From positions 2,129,339 to 2,193,338 of the forward strand of contig MU061538.1 in NCBI GenBank assembly GCA_013265495.1: 64,000 nt of DNA, written 5' to 3'. Position 1 is the first letter of the stretch, and each line of letters starts with the position of its first letter. Both the position numbers and the translations under genes were made by a program. This DNA is from Vicugna vicugna. Its lineage: Eukaryota. Positions 1-12,500 of the stretch are shown piece after piece. The notes under the pieces were generated by a model. The model was given only the letters and a program-made list of their open reading frames with translations. It made no database searches and had not been told where the DNA came from.

Positions 1-586
1 TGGGGGTGACCGGTAGGCAGGCCAGGGCCGTTTGGACACCTGCAAGTGCAGGTGAGCCCTCTTTGCCGTCGTGACGTTCTGACGCTCTGCTTCTTGGAAG
101 ACGTATTCTGTACGTAAAGGAGACATTTAAATCTGTGTGACTCACACATGTCATGATTTTATAAGCTTTGCGTCTTTCGAGCCTCGTACTTTTAGAGAGA
201 AGTGCCTTATCTCTGTACACCACCTTCGGCCCCCATTCGTGGCTGAGAGACTCCAGGGCGCTCTCGCCCCTTCGTTCTGGGGCCCCTCTCACCCTAGACC
301 CTGGGGCCCGGCTAGCTCCAATTTGAGTGTGGGCCGGCCGGGCTGTGGGTGGGCCCAGGACCCACAGCACTGAGCGGGAGGAGCTGGGGCCTCGCCAGCA
401 GCCCAGGCGCGTCGCACCCGCACACGTGGAGCCGGCCCAGGGCCACGAGCAGTGGCTGCGGCGCTCACTTTGGCTTCCAGCTCCAGGACGAGTCGCGGTT
501 CTCTCCCCAAACAGTCACGTTCCCCTGGGGAGCAAGGGAGCCTGGTGTGTGCGGGTGTCCAGGAGAGGCAGGAAGAGGCTTCCTGG

Positions 587-665
587 TGTGTGTGTGAATG
601 TGTGTGTGTGTGTGTGAGTGTGTGTGTGTTGTGTGAGTGTGTGTGTGAGCGTGTGTGTGAGCGTG
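587..665. repeat. Imperfect (GT)n microsatellite
   Basis: Direct reading: a tgtgtg run with ga/gc interruptions. Confidence 0.95.
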
Positions 666-3600
666 AGGGAGAAGTGAGGGGAGAGTGGAAACACGTGTGC
701 TTGGGGAGCAGGACTGATGGGCGACCTTTGCTGTTACTTGGGACACTCTGGGGGGAGAGGTCTTACTCCCAGCTGTCCCCTTCCCAGTGCACCCCCTGCT
801 CCCCCACTCATGCACACACACCCTCACACTCACACACACAGCCTCTCATCCACTCAGGCTCCAGCCTGGGACTATCCTGAGGTTCCCACGGATGCCTAGA
901 CCAAGACCAGTTGAAGCCCCCCACCCCCTTCCCCCGGAAGCCCCCATGTCCCGCCCTCCTCCTTGGCCCCCCCACAGCAGGACTGGGGGAGCCCTCGTGG
1001 TCACTGCGGGCCAGGGCAGCATTCTGGCTGGTCAGGCGGATGGTGGAAGGTGGGCACAGAGCCCAGTCACTGACCACCACAGAGGCAGAGGCGGGACACT
1101 GCGTGGAGCCGGATGCCTGGAGACGTGGTGACCCGCTCTTCTCTGTAACTGGGGGACCAGTCAACACAGTCAGCTTCGCGCGACTGGGACGAGGTCTGGA
1201 CTCCGTGCAAAGTCCCTCACCCTCTTCTGTCTGCTAGGTAGCTTTCCATCCCAGGAAAGGGGCGGGTGGGAAGCGGATCCGTCCTCCCCTGCCCCCGACA
1301 CGGCAGGGGGCTGGGAAGACACCCGGTGGGGAAAATGAAGGCTGAGGAGGGTGGTGGGTGACCACAAAGAGAGGGAGCCGGTCCCTACCAACCAGCCAGC
1401 AAAAGGAGCCCTTGGAAGGGAGCTCTGTCATACAGACTTGGCATGTTTTACGCGCATCCAGATGGCAGGGTTTTGATCAAGGAAGGGTGTGGGGGAGAAC
1501 TGATGAGACCCAGGGGTGGGCTGGGGACGTGTGTCATCAGGTGGTTCCATTTACCCTCGACATACTTCAGTGATGCTTCCTTTCTGTCAGAGAAGGGTCC
1601 CTAGAACCAGGAAGCGTTTACGGGAAACCTCCCATGTCAGTGAGTCTCCCATGAACAGGGGAGTTGCTTTGGGTACAAGGAACCCAAACACAGTCACAGG
1701 TGGACGAGGAAGCTGCAGGTGCTCCCGCTGTGGCTCCCGGCTCCTCGCCCTTTAATGAGATGAGTGGCAGGCCACGTATCACTGAGAAAAGATCATTATT
1801 GTTCTCCGGAGACCCAGGTCCATATGTGTCACCACATGAGAGCCCTCTGCTGTGTGGGAGACGTGCACCTGCTGTGAACCCGTGACCCCCTGGGCAGCAG
1901 CAGGACATCTGTCCCCATCCATCCCTCTGTCCCCAGCACACGTGCGAACCTCTGAGTTTGCACTGACACAGGAAAGGAGAAGCAAATAGTGGCCTGAACA
2001 ACTGGCCTGGGCGTATTTCCCCGATCGTAACTGTGCGTGTGCCTAAGACACCTCTGTGTCTGTCTGTACGTGTGTTTGCACATGCGTGTGTAGACACACG
2101 CACGCAGAGAAAGGTCTAGAAGATGTTAACATCAACCTAGGCTGTGTTTCCTGAAGGTGAATTTCAAGAACACCTCCGCAAATTGCTTTTCAAGCAATGC
2201 TGTTGCATTACTTTTGTAGTCAGAAAAAATAACGACGGTAGACAGACGTTTACGGTGAAATATTCAAGAAATTGATGTAGACATTTTTCAGATTGAAGTA
2301 TCCAAATTCTTTACTCAGATATACTCCAGGCAGGGCCAGTCTTGGACTGTGACCTGAAGGAGCCTGGCAAATCCTGCTTGCTCTGAGAGCGCTTCTGCCC
2401 TGGGCCTGTCCGTGCCCGGCCTGCACGGCACCAGGGGCCGTCCTTTGGGCTGAGGCACAGTAGTGTCTCTGAAAGATCCCTATTAAAAAGCAAAACTGCG
2501 CCCCCCCCCCCCGGGAGCACGGCGGTCTCTAGGGAGACCTGAGACAAGTCCGTGTGACGAAGCTGGGACGGGGCCACGTGGGTGCCTATGGGAGGGGAAA
2601 GGCCTGGGGACAGCCCGGAAGCCCCTGATGGCCACGAGTCCTGGGGCAAAGAGAGGACACTTCAGAAGTGAGGCTCCGGGAGGAGGCGGTGACGGGCCCC
2701 CAGGACACACCTCCCGTGTCGGCCGGCACGTGGGCCAGGACCGGGGCTGCGAGCCACGCGTGGGCCGCGGAGCCAGACGCAGCTCAGCTGGGTCTGAGCG
2801 GTCTGGCAGGGTCGTTGCTGGGAACGGGGGAAGGCGGTAAGCTCCCCTTGGATGGCACGGCTGGACTGTTCTGGGACCGCGCAGCCGCTGGGTAGCCCGA
2901 CCTGCCCTTCCGGCCTGGCCTGGCCGTGTGGCCAGGTTATTTTCCTGTGGCTTAGCTTCTTGGCAGCTGCTCCTGGCTGGCTCTCAGCTCAGTGGTGCTC
3001 TCCCTCACCTCATAGTTGGTCAATTCCTCAGGAGAACTTTTGCACAGTTTGTAATATTTTTTCTCTTCTGAATTTATTCATGTCTGCTCTGCTCAAAGAG
3101 GCTTATGCCTGCTTTCTCTGACCTTCAGAGGTTGCTTAAGTCTTGTCGAGGGATTAAGGTGGAGCCTGCCCTGGGTTTTACCCCCGTCATCGCCCGGGTG
3201 CAGGTCGAGATCTCCGTCCCCCGTGCCAGCTGGACATTGGATACTTCAGATTGCGCTCAGATTAATCCCAGGGTCCTATCTTTGTACCTGCGGCCTTTTC
3301 CTGGTTCCTTGACCTTGCCAGGCATTTCTAATTATTTTGGTTAATAATTTTCTTGTGTTTTTATGACTCTGAAGCACAGGAGTCTGTTCGTGTGGCTTCA
3401 CCTGGTCTGTAGGACCCACTGGTGTGATGGCGGATGATGATAATGTGAGGCAACGTGGGTTTTTTTGTGTGTTTGTTTTTAAATTCTCAAGGTTTCCTTT
3501 TCACACTTAAAATGCTGACCTTGGGGAGGAAGTCTGGGACTTTCCTGTCACTTAGGTCAGACCCAAGCAAGTAACTTAAAAAAATGGTTCCAGGGCCTTG

Positions 3601-6600
3601 CATCTTTATTTTTCCCTTTATTTCTTTCTTGTTTTCTCAGAAGCGACATAGTGCATGACAAATGTAGCCCCTCCGGGTACAGAATTCTCTGGATTAGCTA
3701 AGCGAAGCTTCCTGTAGGGTCGTGGTGCTGCGGAAACAAGGGAAAGGGGCTCAGAGCCAGTGCCGCTCCCGGGTTCTGTGCAGATGTGTGGGGCGTCAAA
3801 GCCTCGTCCAGCTGTGTCCAGCCTTCGCTGTGGCCGTGTTGTTCACACAAATGGCAGAAAGGTCCACGGCGGCGTGGGGCCTGGGGGCTGGGGTCGGGTT
3901 CGGGGTCATGTTTGTCCCACTGTAGCTGTTTTGCTGCCTTCGTATTAGAGGGTGTGCAGACGGTCCCAGAGCACCTTGCTCCCTCCTGGTACAGTGAAAG
4001 GTGGTTAGGCTGAGAGAATTCCAAATAGAAGCGAGATAGTAGGGAAGCATTCTCACAAGTTTATTCTACCATAAGCTCAGGTTCGGTTTAACGATAAGGT
4101 AGAGATGAAGCCACTTGAGGTATGATCTCTTGTGGAACAAAAGCCCCCATACTCAGCAACAGTTTTTCATCAGCTGCTGTGAGCAGGTGTCGAGCAGAGG
4201 CAGGGGACCGTCCCTCAGGAGTGGAAGGGGTGCCCGCGGGGCTGAGGCTCTGCTGAGCACATGCAAGAGCTGGGGCTGACCCGGACTAGACCCGGGGCTG
4301 CCCAAGGCCAGGCTGCTGCCCGGCGAGGACGGGTTCCTGCTGGCCGCTGCCTGACTTCCTGGACCTCAGCCTCCCTGCCCCAGGCCTGTGAGCACGTTGT
4401 CTTGCTGTCTCCATGATGTTGCAACATTATTGCAGGTAAACTGTAACCAGGGCTAAGTCAGCCGAGCTGGGGCTACAGGCCACGCCCAGACATGAGGCTT
4501 ACTCTGGGCTGGAGGGGCCGTGGGGCTCCCACTCGAGGTGGGGCTCCAGCCGGGGCTGTGGTGTAAGATGAGGCACGGGCAGGAGTCGCAGGTGTGACCC
4601 GAGTCCCAGGGGGCTGTGCGGGGCGGGGGGCGGCTGGAAATGCAGGGGCAGGTTGTGAAGACGTGACATTGCAGCGGCAGGCAGTTTTTGGTGAGCAGTT
4701 GGGAGGCAGCGAAGGTGTGGGAATGACGGTAAATATGAGCAGAGCCAGTAGTTTGGATGTTGTCAGGACGCAGAATGTGGACCCCAGGGATCAGCCGATC
4801 CGACCCCCTCACACCTCTGACAGAGAAACCCAGAGGTCGAATGGTTGCTGAAGGCCGCTGGGCCAGGGAGGCCCAGGACCCCTCGCCACGTCCATTCCTA
4901 GTGCAGGGACGTCTTTCTGAGCCTCGGTGGTGTGGTGACCACAGTCACACATTAGATCAGTGGGTGAAACAGACAGTCCAGCTCCTGAATCGCCCCAGCC
5001 ACGTGGCAGGCGCTCAGTCCAGGTGTGGTCAGTGGCTGCTGTGCTGGACGGCGTAGATCTAGAACATTCCCATCAGCTCTGAAAGCTCTGTTGGACCAGG
5101 CTCCCTCCACCGTGGCTGCCCCGCCTTCCAGGGTATGGTCCACGGTCTGCACCCAGGACCCAGCACCCGGCCCCTGGCACTGTGTTCAGCATGGGGCCAG
5201 TGTCTACCAAGGGCTGGCTGGCCGTCTGAGGCCCTCTGAGGGCCTTTTCAGCTCCCCCTCCCCTCTGCTCCCTGTGGTCACTCGTGCCCTCGGCAGCAGC
5301 CCGTCTCCCACTTCTGGCCAGAAATCTCTGAAGCTGGTGGTGGCAGAAGACGTGGATCTGGGCTGACAGTGGCACCACTTTGGCCTGGACTGTTTCACTG
5401 GGTGGCCTGAGCTGTTCTGGAGGCTGGGCGAGGAGGGAGCGGAGCCCAGAGCAGGCAGGAGTGGCCTTACCCGGAATGTGACACTGTCCCACGGGGACCT
5501 GCCAGAGAACACACGTCCTGGAGCTCATCCCTCCACGGAAATGTTTGGAACGCTTGTCTCCATGTTCCTCATCCCCTTGTTCCAATAATGGCAATATTCC
5601 AAGCCCTGGGAACCTTGTTTGGGGGAGACGAAGTGTCACCTGCTCGTTTAGCAGGGTCAAGTCATTTGTCTCATTCTTTCTATTCAGCAGGTGGCATTTC
5701 TGTTCAGCGACTTTATTTGTAGCCACCTATGTTTATCGACAATGACATACTAATCATGCAAATTAGAACATTATTAATGAAGAAAGATTAATTCTGTTCC
5801 TGCTCCTGGGTTTGCTGTGACAGCTCGTTAGCGCTAACAGTGTCGGCAGCTTCTCCGAGGCCGCTGCACGCGGATGGGCCGCATTCAGGTTCAAGGGTGG
5901 GGACAGCACGGGAGCTGGCCCCTTCCTCCTGGGGGTCAGTGTGGAAAGAGTGCATTTCTATGAAAGTGGACATTTTTAGGAGAGTGTTGCAAACACTCTT
6001 CCTCCAAAAAAAAAAAAAACACTCTTCCTCCAGCCGTGTTAACGTTGTCACTCAAAGGAATTTGCTCGTCTTCCAGGGTCTCCCGGTGGAGCCCACGGAG
6101 CAGACGCCAACCTGGTGGACCAGCGCGTGCCCTCGCTTCCCAGGGTCCCCACGTCCCCTCCGCTGTGTTTCCCGAGCCCGGTCTGCAGAGCCAGGCCGTG
6201 ACCCGTTCATTCCCTGCAGATGCTCCTCGGCCTTGGGGCTCTTGAGACAGGAGCGGGCAGGTCCAGCCGCCGGAGCCGCTGGGCTCGCGGGGGATTTTAA
6301 AGGCCCCGGCGCCCGTTTCCCCTCGTTCTCTCCTGTCAGTCAGCCCTGACTCTCGGCAGCAGCCCTGGGGCCGAGCGATCCCGCAGCCCTCTCTGCGGTC
6401 AGTTGTATAATGCTACCCGACTCCGGCGAGCCAAGTGTGGAAACAGGATGTTTTTTGGAAACTTGGCCGTCACCCAGTGTAAAGAGGGAGGTTGTGCCAC
6501 TCTGCAAGGCTTCCTAAGTCACACCACCCTTTGTCATGAGACTTGGCTGACCCCCAGAAAAGGAGCGCTCGGCTCTGCCCTGCCTTCCTGTGCAGTGAAC

Positions 6601-7029
6601 GCAGAGCCAGAGGGGGTGTGGCAGGGGGAGGGCCTTCTTGGCCCAGGTGTCACCTGCCCAGGTTGGCTGCCTTCCTGAGCTGCTTCTGGCAGAGCCACTC
6701 ACCCCGGCTCCGCCCCCGGGGCCAGGAAGGCAGGGACTTCGGGCTGCAGAGGTGGCTGCAGCCCCTGGTGCCTCACTCTCCCTTTCCCACGTTCTTCATC
6801 ACACCTGCTGTTGTCCTGTCCCCCAAGGTGTCCTCACCTTGTGACATCCACTGGTAGAGGTTCTCAGGGTCCCTTCTTGCCCTACCCGCACATCCTTCAA
6901 AACTATTTGTTCTGTGCCAGGCGCCCATTTGGCAGGGGGTGGGGGAGAGATTTTTTCCAGCCTCTCAGATTGTGTCACAAATGCAACCCCTGACCTGGGA
7001 AGCTTGACGTGGGAGGTGTGCGAGGACCA

Positions 7030-7460
7030 CAAGGCATCAGGGTACCACAAGCAGAGCGGCTGAAACACCATGGACAACCGTCTCACGGCTCTAGGGGCGG
7101 AAGTCTGAGACCAAGGTGTCAGCAGACCCGGTTCCTTCTGAAGCTGAGCTGCAGAATCTCTTGCAGGCTCTCTCCTGGCTCCTGGTGGCTGTGGGCCATC
7201 ACGGGGGTCCCTTGGCTGGTAGACGTCACTGTCCCTGTGTCTTCACATGGTGCCCCTCTGTGTGCACCTTTCTTTTCACAGGAAAGTCTTTGTTTAAACA
7301 ACAATCATGTTGGGTTAGGAGCCACCCTGCTCCAGCCTGACCTCATCTCTACTAATCACACCCTTGGCGGCCCTGTTTCCAAGTAAGGCCACATTCTGAG
7401 ATTCTGCGAGTTTGGACATGAACATATGAATGCTGGGGGGACACATTCGACCCAGCACAG
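7030..7460 (-). mobile_element. MaLR solo LTR, MLT1B/C-like
   Basis: Motifs 'gaagtctgagaccaaggtgtcagcag', 'ccaagtaaggccacattctgag' and 'acatatgaatgctggggggacacattc' resemble the reverse complement of MLT1. Confidence 0.85.
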
Positions 7461-8667
7461 GAGCAAAGCACATACTCGAGGATGAGAAACACCTGGTGCT
7501 GGGAGCCTGGAGTCTCTAAGCGTGACTGCCCATGACCCAGCTCGCAGAGGATGGCCTGGAAGGTGGACTGTGTGTCCAGGTCCCACCCCCTCAGGACAGT
7601 TTCTCTCCCTGCTGGAGCACACTGTGGTGTCGGGTTCTTGGAGACCTGGTGGAACTCCTCGCACTGCTCCTGCTGAGGGGGCTGGGCCTGGGGGGGGGCC
7701 TGGCCCCTCGTCTCCCCAGGAGGGCTTCAGGGAACACAGGAGACCCTGAAGGACACAGGGAGTTGCCACAGCACTGAAAAAAGTCATACTGCCATAAATT
7801 TACCTGGGAGAAAACACATATTAGCAAGCACTCATTTGGGTGTAAATAACTTCAGCTCAAATAATGTTGGTAGGAGGGGAAATGTATTGGAAAAATAATG
7901 CAATTCCGGGCAAGGTAGGGGTGCAGCTGCCTTCAGGGGTGGCAGGAAGAAAGTCCCCGCATGCAAGAGCTCCCCCAGCTTGTGTCTCTGCCACCATCTG
8001 TGTGTCTCCCGATCTTGGCCAATTGCCCCGACTGCCTTTCCTACAAGGGAGGAAATGTGGCCCCCAGCTGCCCCGCCCCTCACGTCTCCCTGCTTGTCCA
8101 CGTTGGAGGGTCAAGACTGGCTCTCTGCGGGACGAGCTTTTACACTCAGAGGAGGGCTCTGATAGGTCCAGCTGTGTCTGGCCAACCTGGGGCCAGTGAC
8201 TTGTTCTGGAGAATGAGGCGCTACAGCTGACTGGCTGGACGTGGGTGCCCGGCCTCGGCCAACCAGCTGTTGCTGGAGGTGGACTGGGGTCTTTGAGCTC
8301 CTTTGAGCCACACAGTTGCGTTGTTTCCCAGAATCAGAGGTGTGTGCTTTGGGAAAAAGAGGTAAGTGCAGTCTTCACTCTTCCCTAAGGTCAGGTCAGC
8401 TCCCGGACACTGTGACGTCCCCAGGGAAGGGGCCGTTTCAGCTTTCTTTGCATTCTTCCTGGCACCTCTCCAGGAGGGAGCCCGAGAGCATGTCCGTGAG
8501 CAGATTGGGGCTTCTGCCAGGACGTGGCTTCGGGTGCTGTGGACTTGGAGGGAGGAGGGGTCTTTGGGAATCCTGGGTCAGTCGCTTCTGGTGTGGGCAT
8601 CTGGGCCCTGGAGAATCCAGCTCCAAGGCTCTGCAGGGCTTCCAGGCAGATTAAAACGATATAACAC

Positions 8668-9030
8668 CTGTTGTGAATTGTGTCCCCTGCCCCAGATTCA
8701 CAAAGTGGAGTCCTAACTCCTAGGGCCTCGGAATGGGACTGTGTTAGAGATGGGGGTCTTTAAAGAGGTGATTAAGGCTAAATAAGGCCATATAGGTGGG
8801 CCCTGATCCAATCAGAGGAGAGGAGATGAGGGCACAGATACACCGAGACATGACCGTGTGAGGACACGGGGAGAAGATAGTGTCCACACGCCAAGGAGAG
8901 GCCTCAGGGGAAACTGGTCCTGCTGACACCCGGATCTGGGACTTCCAGGCTCCAGGACGGGAGAGAGAAAAGTCTGTGTCTGAAGCCGCTGGAGGTCTGG
9001 CACTCTGTGCTGGCCGCCCAGCACCGATGC
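8668..9030 (+). mobile_element. MaLR solo LTR, MLT1A/B-like
   Basis: 'tgaattgtgtcccc...ggtctttaaagaggtgattaagg...ggccctgatccaatc...gccaaggagaggcctcaggggaaac...ctgctgacacc...gacttccaggctccagga'. Confidence 0.88.
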
Positions 9031-10444
9031 GCCGCTCGCAGGCCCAGCCTAGGTCTGGCCCAGCAGGTCCCTCCTGGAGCACGTGTGTCCCGGGCTCCCT
9101 GGGGGCCTCCTCCAGCCCCACCTCTCACCGCTTCTGCCGGGGCTCTCGCCGTGTTTGCTGCCTGTGGGTCCCAGAGTGGGTCTCGTGCCTGCCCCACGGA
9201 GGCCCTGGGAGCCTGGGTTATGGGCCTGCTCTAGGCAGAACCGGAAGCAGGCCGCCCTCCTCGCTGCCGCCCGGACTTGTCCCTCAGGCTGCGGGGAGGG
9301 GAGCTGCCGAGGACAGGATGCCGGGGCAGCTGGCAGCGGCTGGGAGGACGTGTTCCCAGCAGGTCTGCCCAGGAAGGCTGGGCTTAGGCTGGGTGCCCCG
9401 TGGGGCCTCGGGCGGCGTGGAGGACTGGGCCCATAGGTCCGGTCCCTCGGGGGCCGCCTTCTCAGGTGGGCGGAGCCTGCAGCTGTCCCGTGCTCCTACA
9501 CCCGCCCCCTCCCCCTTTCCCAGATGCCACGCGGTCAGTCACACAAATGCACAGGCTCAGCGTGCGGTGGCCGGAGTGGGGCCTGGGAACACCCGCCCGC
9601 GTTAATGGCTAATGGCGCTGCAGCAGCTGCCAGAGACCAAGAGCGTCCTCTCCCCGAGGCACTGGAGCCCCGAGACACCAGAGCCCCGAGACCTGCACTC
9701 TGCTCCTGCCACCTGCCCCTCGGTGCCCGCCTCACTTCCAGGCAGCGCTCGGTGTGGGCGCGGTGGTGAAGCAGGGCCCATTTGCGGAGTGGGCCTGGGC
9801 CCCGCTGGGCCGCGAGGGTGCGCAGTCTTGGGATGGATCTGTCGCCCCCCAGCCTGAGTTGCAGGAGGGACAGAGGCTGGTGGTGCCGGCACGGGGGCGG
9901 GCACAGGCGAGGGCTCCTGTTTCTGTCCCCTGCCTGCCCGGGGCGAGCTTCCCCCTGCCCCGGGAGGGGAGAAGGCCTGCGCAGGTCAAGGCACCTGCTC
10001 AGACTGTTCAGAGCCTGCCTTGGAGGAGCACATTCTTCTGTTTTTGCCGCTGAGATCCTTGACTTTTTCCACCTGCTTCTCGTTAAAATTCCTGACTGAG
10101 TGGAACTGGCGCATCAGGACACACCGCAAACAAGAAGAGTTCATGCGCAGGCACGGCGGCCGGCGCCGTCCTTGCAAAGAATCGTGGACGCTGCCATCCT
10201 TGCAGGCTGACCCGGGCTCGTCCACTGATGTGGACGCGAGAGAGGCGGGCGGGCGGGTGGACAGAAACGCAGACAGTGTGAGAGCCAGCCGCCCCCACGG
10301 GAGGGCTTTTTACCTTTCAGTCCATGGTTCCGGTTCTGCCCAAACAGAAGCCAGTCTGGAGGGTCAGACTCTGAGGCAGAGGGAGGCGGAGGTGTGCCGG
10401 TCGTGGGACGAAGTGGGGAGGGGGCGGGGGGAGGCCGAGCGCGG

Positions 10445-10525
10445 AGCCGGACAGTGGTGGGGGGGCAGCTGCTAGAGGTGTCTGAAGCCAGACAGTGGTG
10501 GGGGGGCAGCTGCTAGAGGTGTCTG
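10445..10525. repeat. Tandem duplication, 41-bp unit x2
   Basis: agcc(g/a)gacagtggtgggggggcagctgctagaggtgtctg starts at 10445 and again at 10486. Confidence 0.95.
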
Positions 10526-10822
10526 GTCTCATGGTCCAACTTTGTTCTGGGGTGTGGGCCAGGGTTACCCCGTTTACAGAGGAGAACCGGGAGCACGGTG
10601 TGGGGAGGAGCTGGGACCTGAACCTGGGGGCTCGACGCAGAGTCTGGCCTTTGACAGGCCCCCCATGGGAGGGGAGCATGTTCATATCCACAGCCCCCTC
10701 AGCACACCTCGGGATTTATGTGTGTGTGGCGCTGCGGGGTGTGCGTGTCTGTGTGCCTTCGTCTCTGAGTCACACACAGAACCAGAGGTCTTTGACTAAC
10801 AGATCCATCCTTTCCCCGGCCA

Positions 10823-11310
10823 GTTAGGAAACAGCTCCAGGCCTATCCATGTTGCTTCAGATGGTATAATGTTACTTTTTTATGGCTGAGTAGTATTTCA
10901 TTGTCTATATCTATACATATATATACTGCATCTTCTTTATCCAGAGAAAGACAAATATCGTATGATATCACTTATTTGTGGAATCTAAAAAAAATGATAC
11001 AAATGAACTTATTTACAAAACAGAAAGAGGCACAGAAAACAAACCTTTGGTTGCCAGAGGGGAGAGGCGGGGGATAAATCAGGAGCTGGGGACTAGCAGA
11101 TACAAACTACTGTGTATAAAACTACTGTCTACATATAAAACAGATAAGCCACAAGGCCCGACCGTACAGCCAGGGAACTGCATCCAGTGCCTTGTAGTGA
11201 CATATAATGGAAAAGAGTCTGGAAAAGTCTGTGTGTGTAACTGAACCACCATGCTGTGCACCGGAGACTGACACAACACTGAAAACCAGCTTGACTACAA
11301 TTTAAAAAAC
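10823..11310 (+). mobile_element. 5'-truncated, 5'-inverted cetartiodactyl L1 3' end
   Basis: 10823-10942 is antisense L1 ORF2-end sequence. 10943-11310 is sense ('gagaaagacaaatatcgtatgatatcacttatttgtggaatctaaaaaaaatgatacaaatgaac...') and ends in an A-rich tail. Confidence 0.88.
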
Positions 11311-12239
11311 CTGATGTGAAGCTCCCCCCAGTCAACAAAAAAGAAACAGAGAGTGTGCCGGGGGGCGCCAGCCCGGGGGGCAGGGCGGTGATCGCGCAGC
11401 GTCGCCCCGGGAGGTCTGGCCTGGCCTCTCCAGCCTCCCTCTTCACTCCCGTCCTGCTGAAATTCCAGGTGTTCCCAGACCACCCCCAGCCTCCCTGTGC
11501 AGCTTGTGCGAGTCTCCTGGAACTCCTGGTCTTTCCTCTGCTTGTGAAAACCTCATGTGTGATTTTGACCGAGTCCAAACACCACTTCTGTGTGTCTCCA
11601 GCCGCCAGGTCCCTCTGTTCCTGCCCCTCGTCGCCGGCCCGCCGTCGGTGACCGCACCCCGTCTTCTGAGGCTGTCATGCCCCTTCCACGTCTTGTCTGG
11701 CCCCTCCTTCTGCCGGAACCCCCGCCCTGACCGTCTACCTGGTGGCTGGGGACCCCCTGGGGGAGGGGGCTCTTACACGTCCCAGCGCCAGGCAGCATCC
11801 TGATTTCCCCCAAATCTGCGCCTTGCCTCAGTTTTCCACGTTCAAACGGACGGCAGCGCCCTTCGCCCAGCTGTGACCTGGAAAGCACCCTCGGTCCTCC
11901 CACATCCCTCACCTCCCACAGCCACACCCCAGCGAGGCTGCCCCTCTCCCTGCTCTCCCGACGCTCCCTCCTTGGGCGCCACGGCCCCGTCCTCAGGCCC
12001 TCTGCTCTGCACCCAGGGTGCGCTTCCTGGGCGTCGGTCAGACGCAGATGCTACCCCTTCTGAGCCCCCCGGCTACCCGCCGTGCAGGACGACTCCACGG
12101 GCCCTGCCGACCCGGTGGCGTGGTCCCCTGCGATGCTTCCTTCCTGCCCTCAGACACAGCCAGGTGGGCACCGCCTCTGTGGGTCTCCTCACTTGGAACC
12201 TCTCCTGCCTCCAGAAGCGTCTTCTCCCCATCACTCACT

Positions 12240-12500
12240 TCCAGCTCTAATGTCCTCTCCTCCGAGAGGCCTTCTCCCCCTGCTCACTCACTGGTCCCAT
12301 TTCCCCTTCACGTCACTGATCACCACCCACAAATTGTACCACGTGACTCGATGACCCTTGTTTGAACTGTCTTCCTCCATGGATGCGAACTCTTGGAGAT
12401 CAAGGGTGTCGTCCCTATCGCTGGTGCACCCCCAGACTCCCAGCAGGATGCTTGGGACACGGACGTGTGCAGTAGACACTCGGGGAGCGAATGGAGGCCA
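12240..12500 (+). mobile_element. L2 3' end fragment
   Basis: 'tcctctcctccgagaggccttctccc' and 'aactcttggagatcaaggg...gctggtgcaccccca...gcttgggacac' resemble the L2 3' terminus. Confidence 0.55.

Noticed and set aside
607..840. GT tract complementary to the CA tract at 825-840
   Set aside because: Low-complexity complementarity only.
8880..9605. 241-aa plus-strand ORF
   Set aside because: Starts inside an MLT1 LTR, with a low-complexity GC-driven translation.
9986..10475. Overlapping ORFs with protein-like stretches (e.g. RNFNEKQVEKVKDLSGK)
   Set aside because: Not recognised as any family and lacking convincing paired splice sites. A BLASTX search would settle it.
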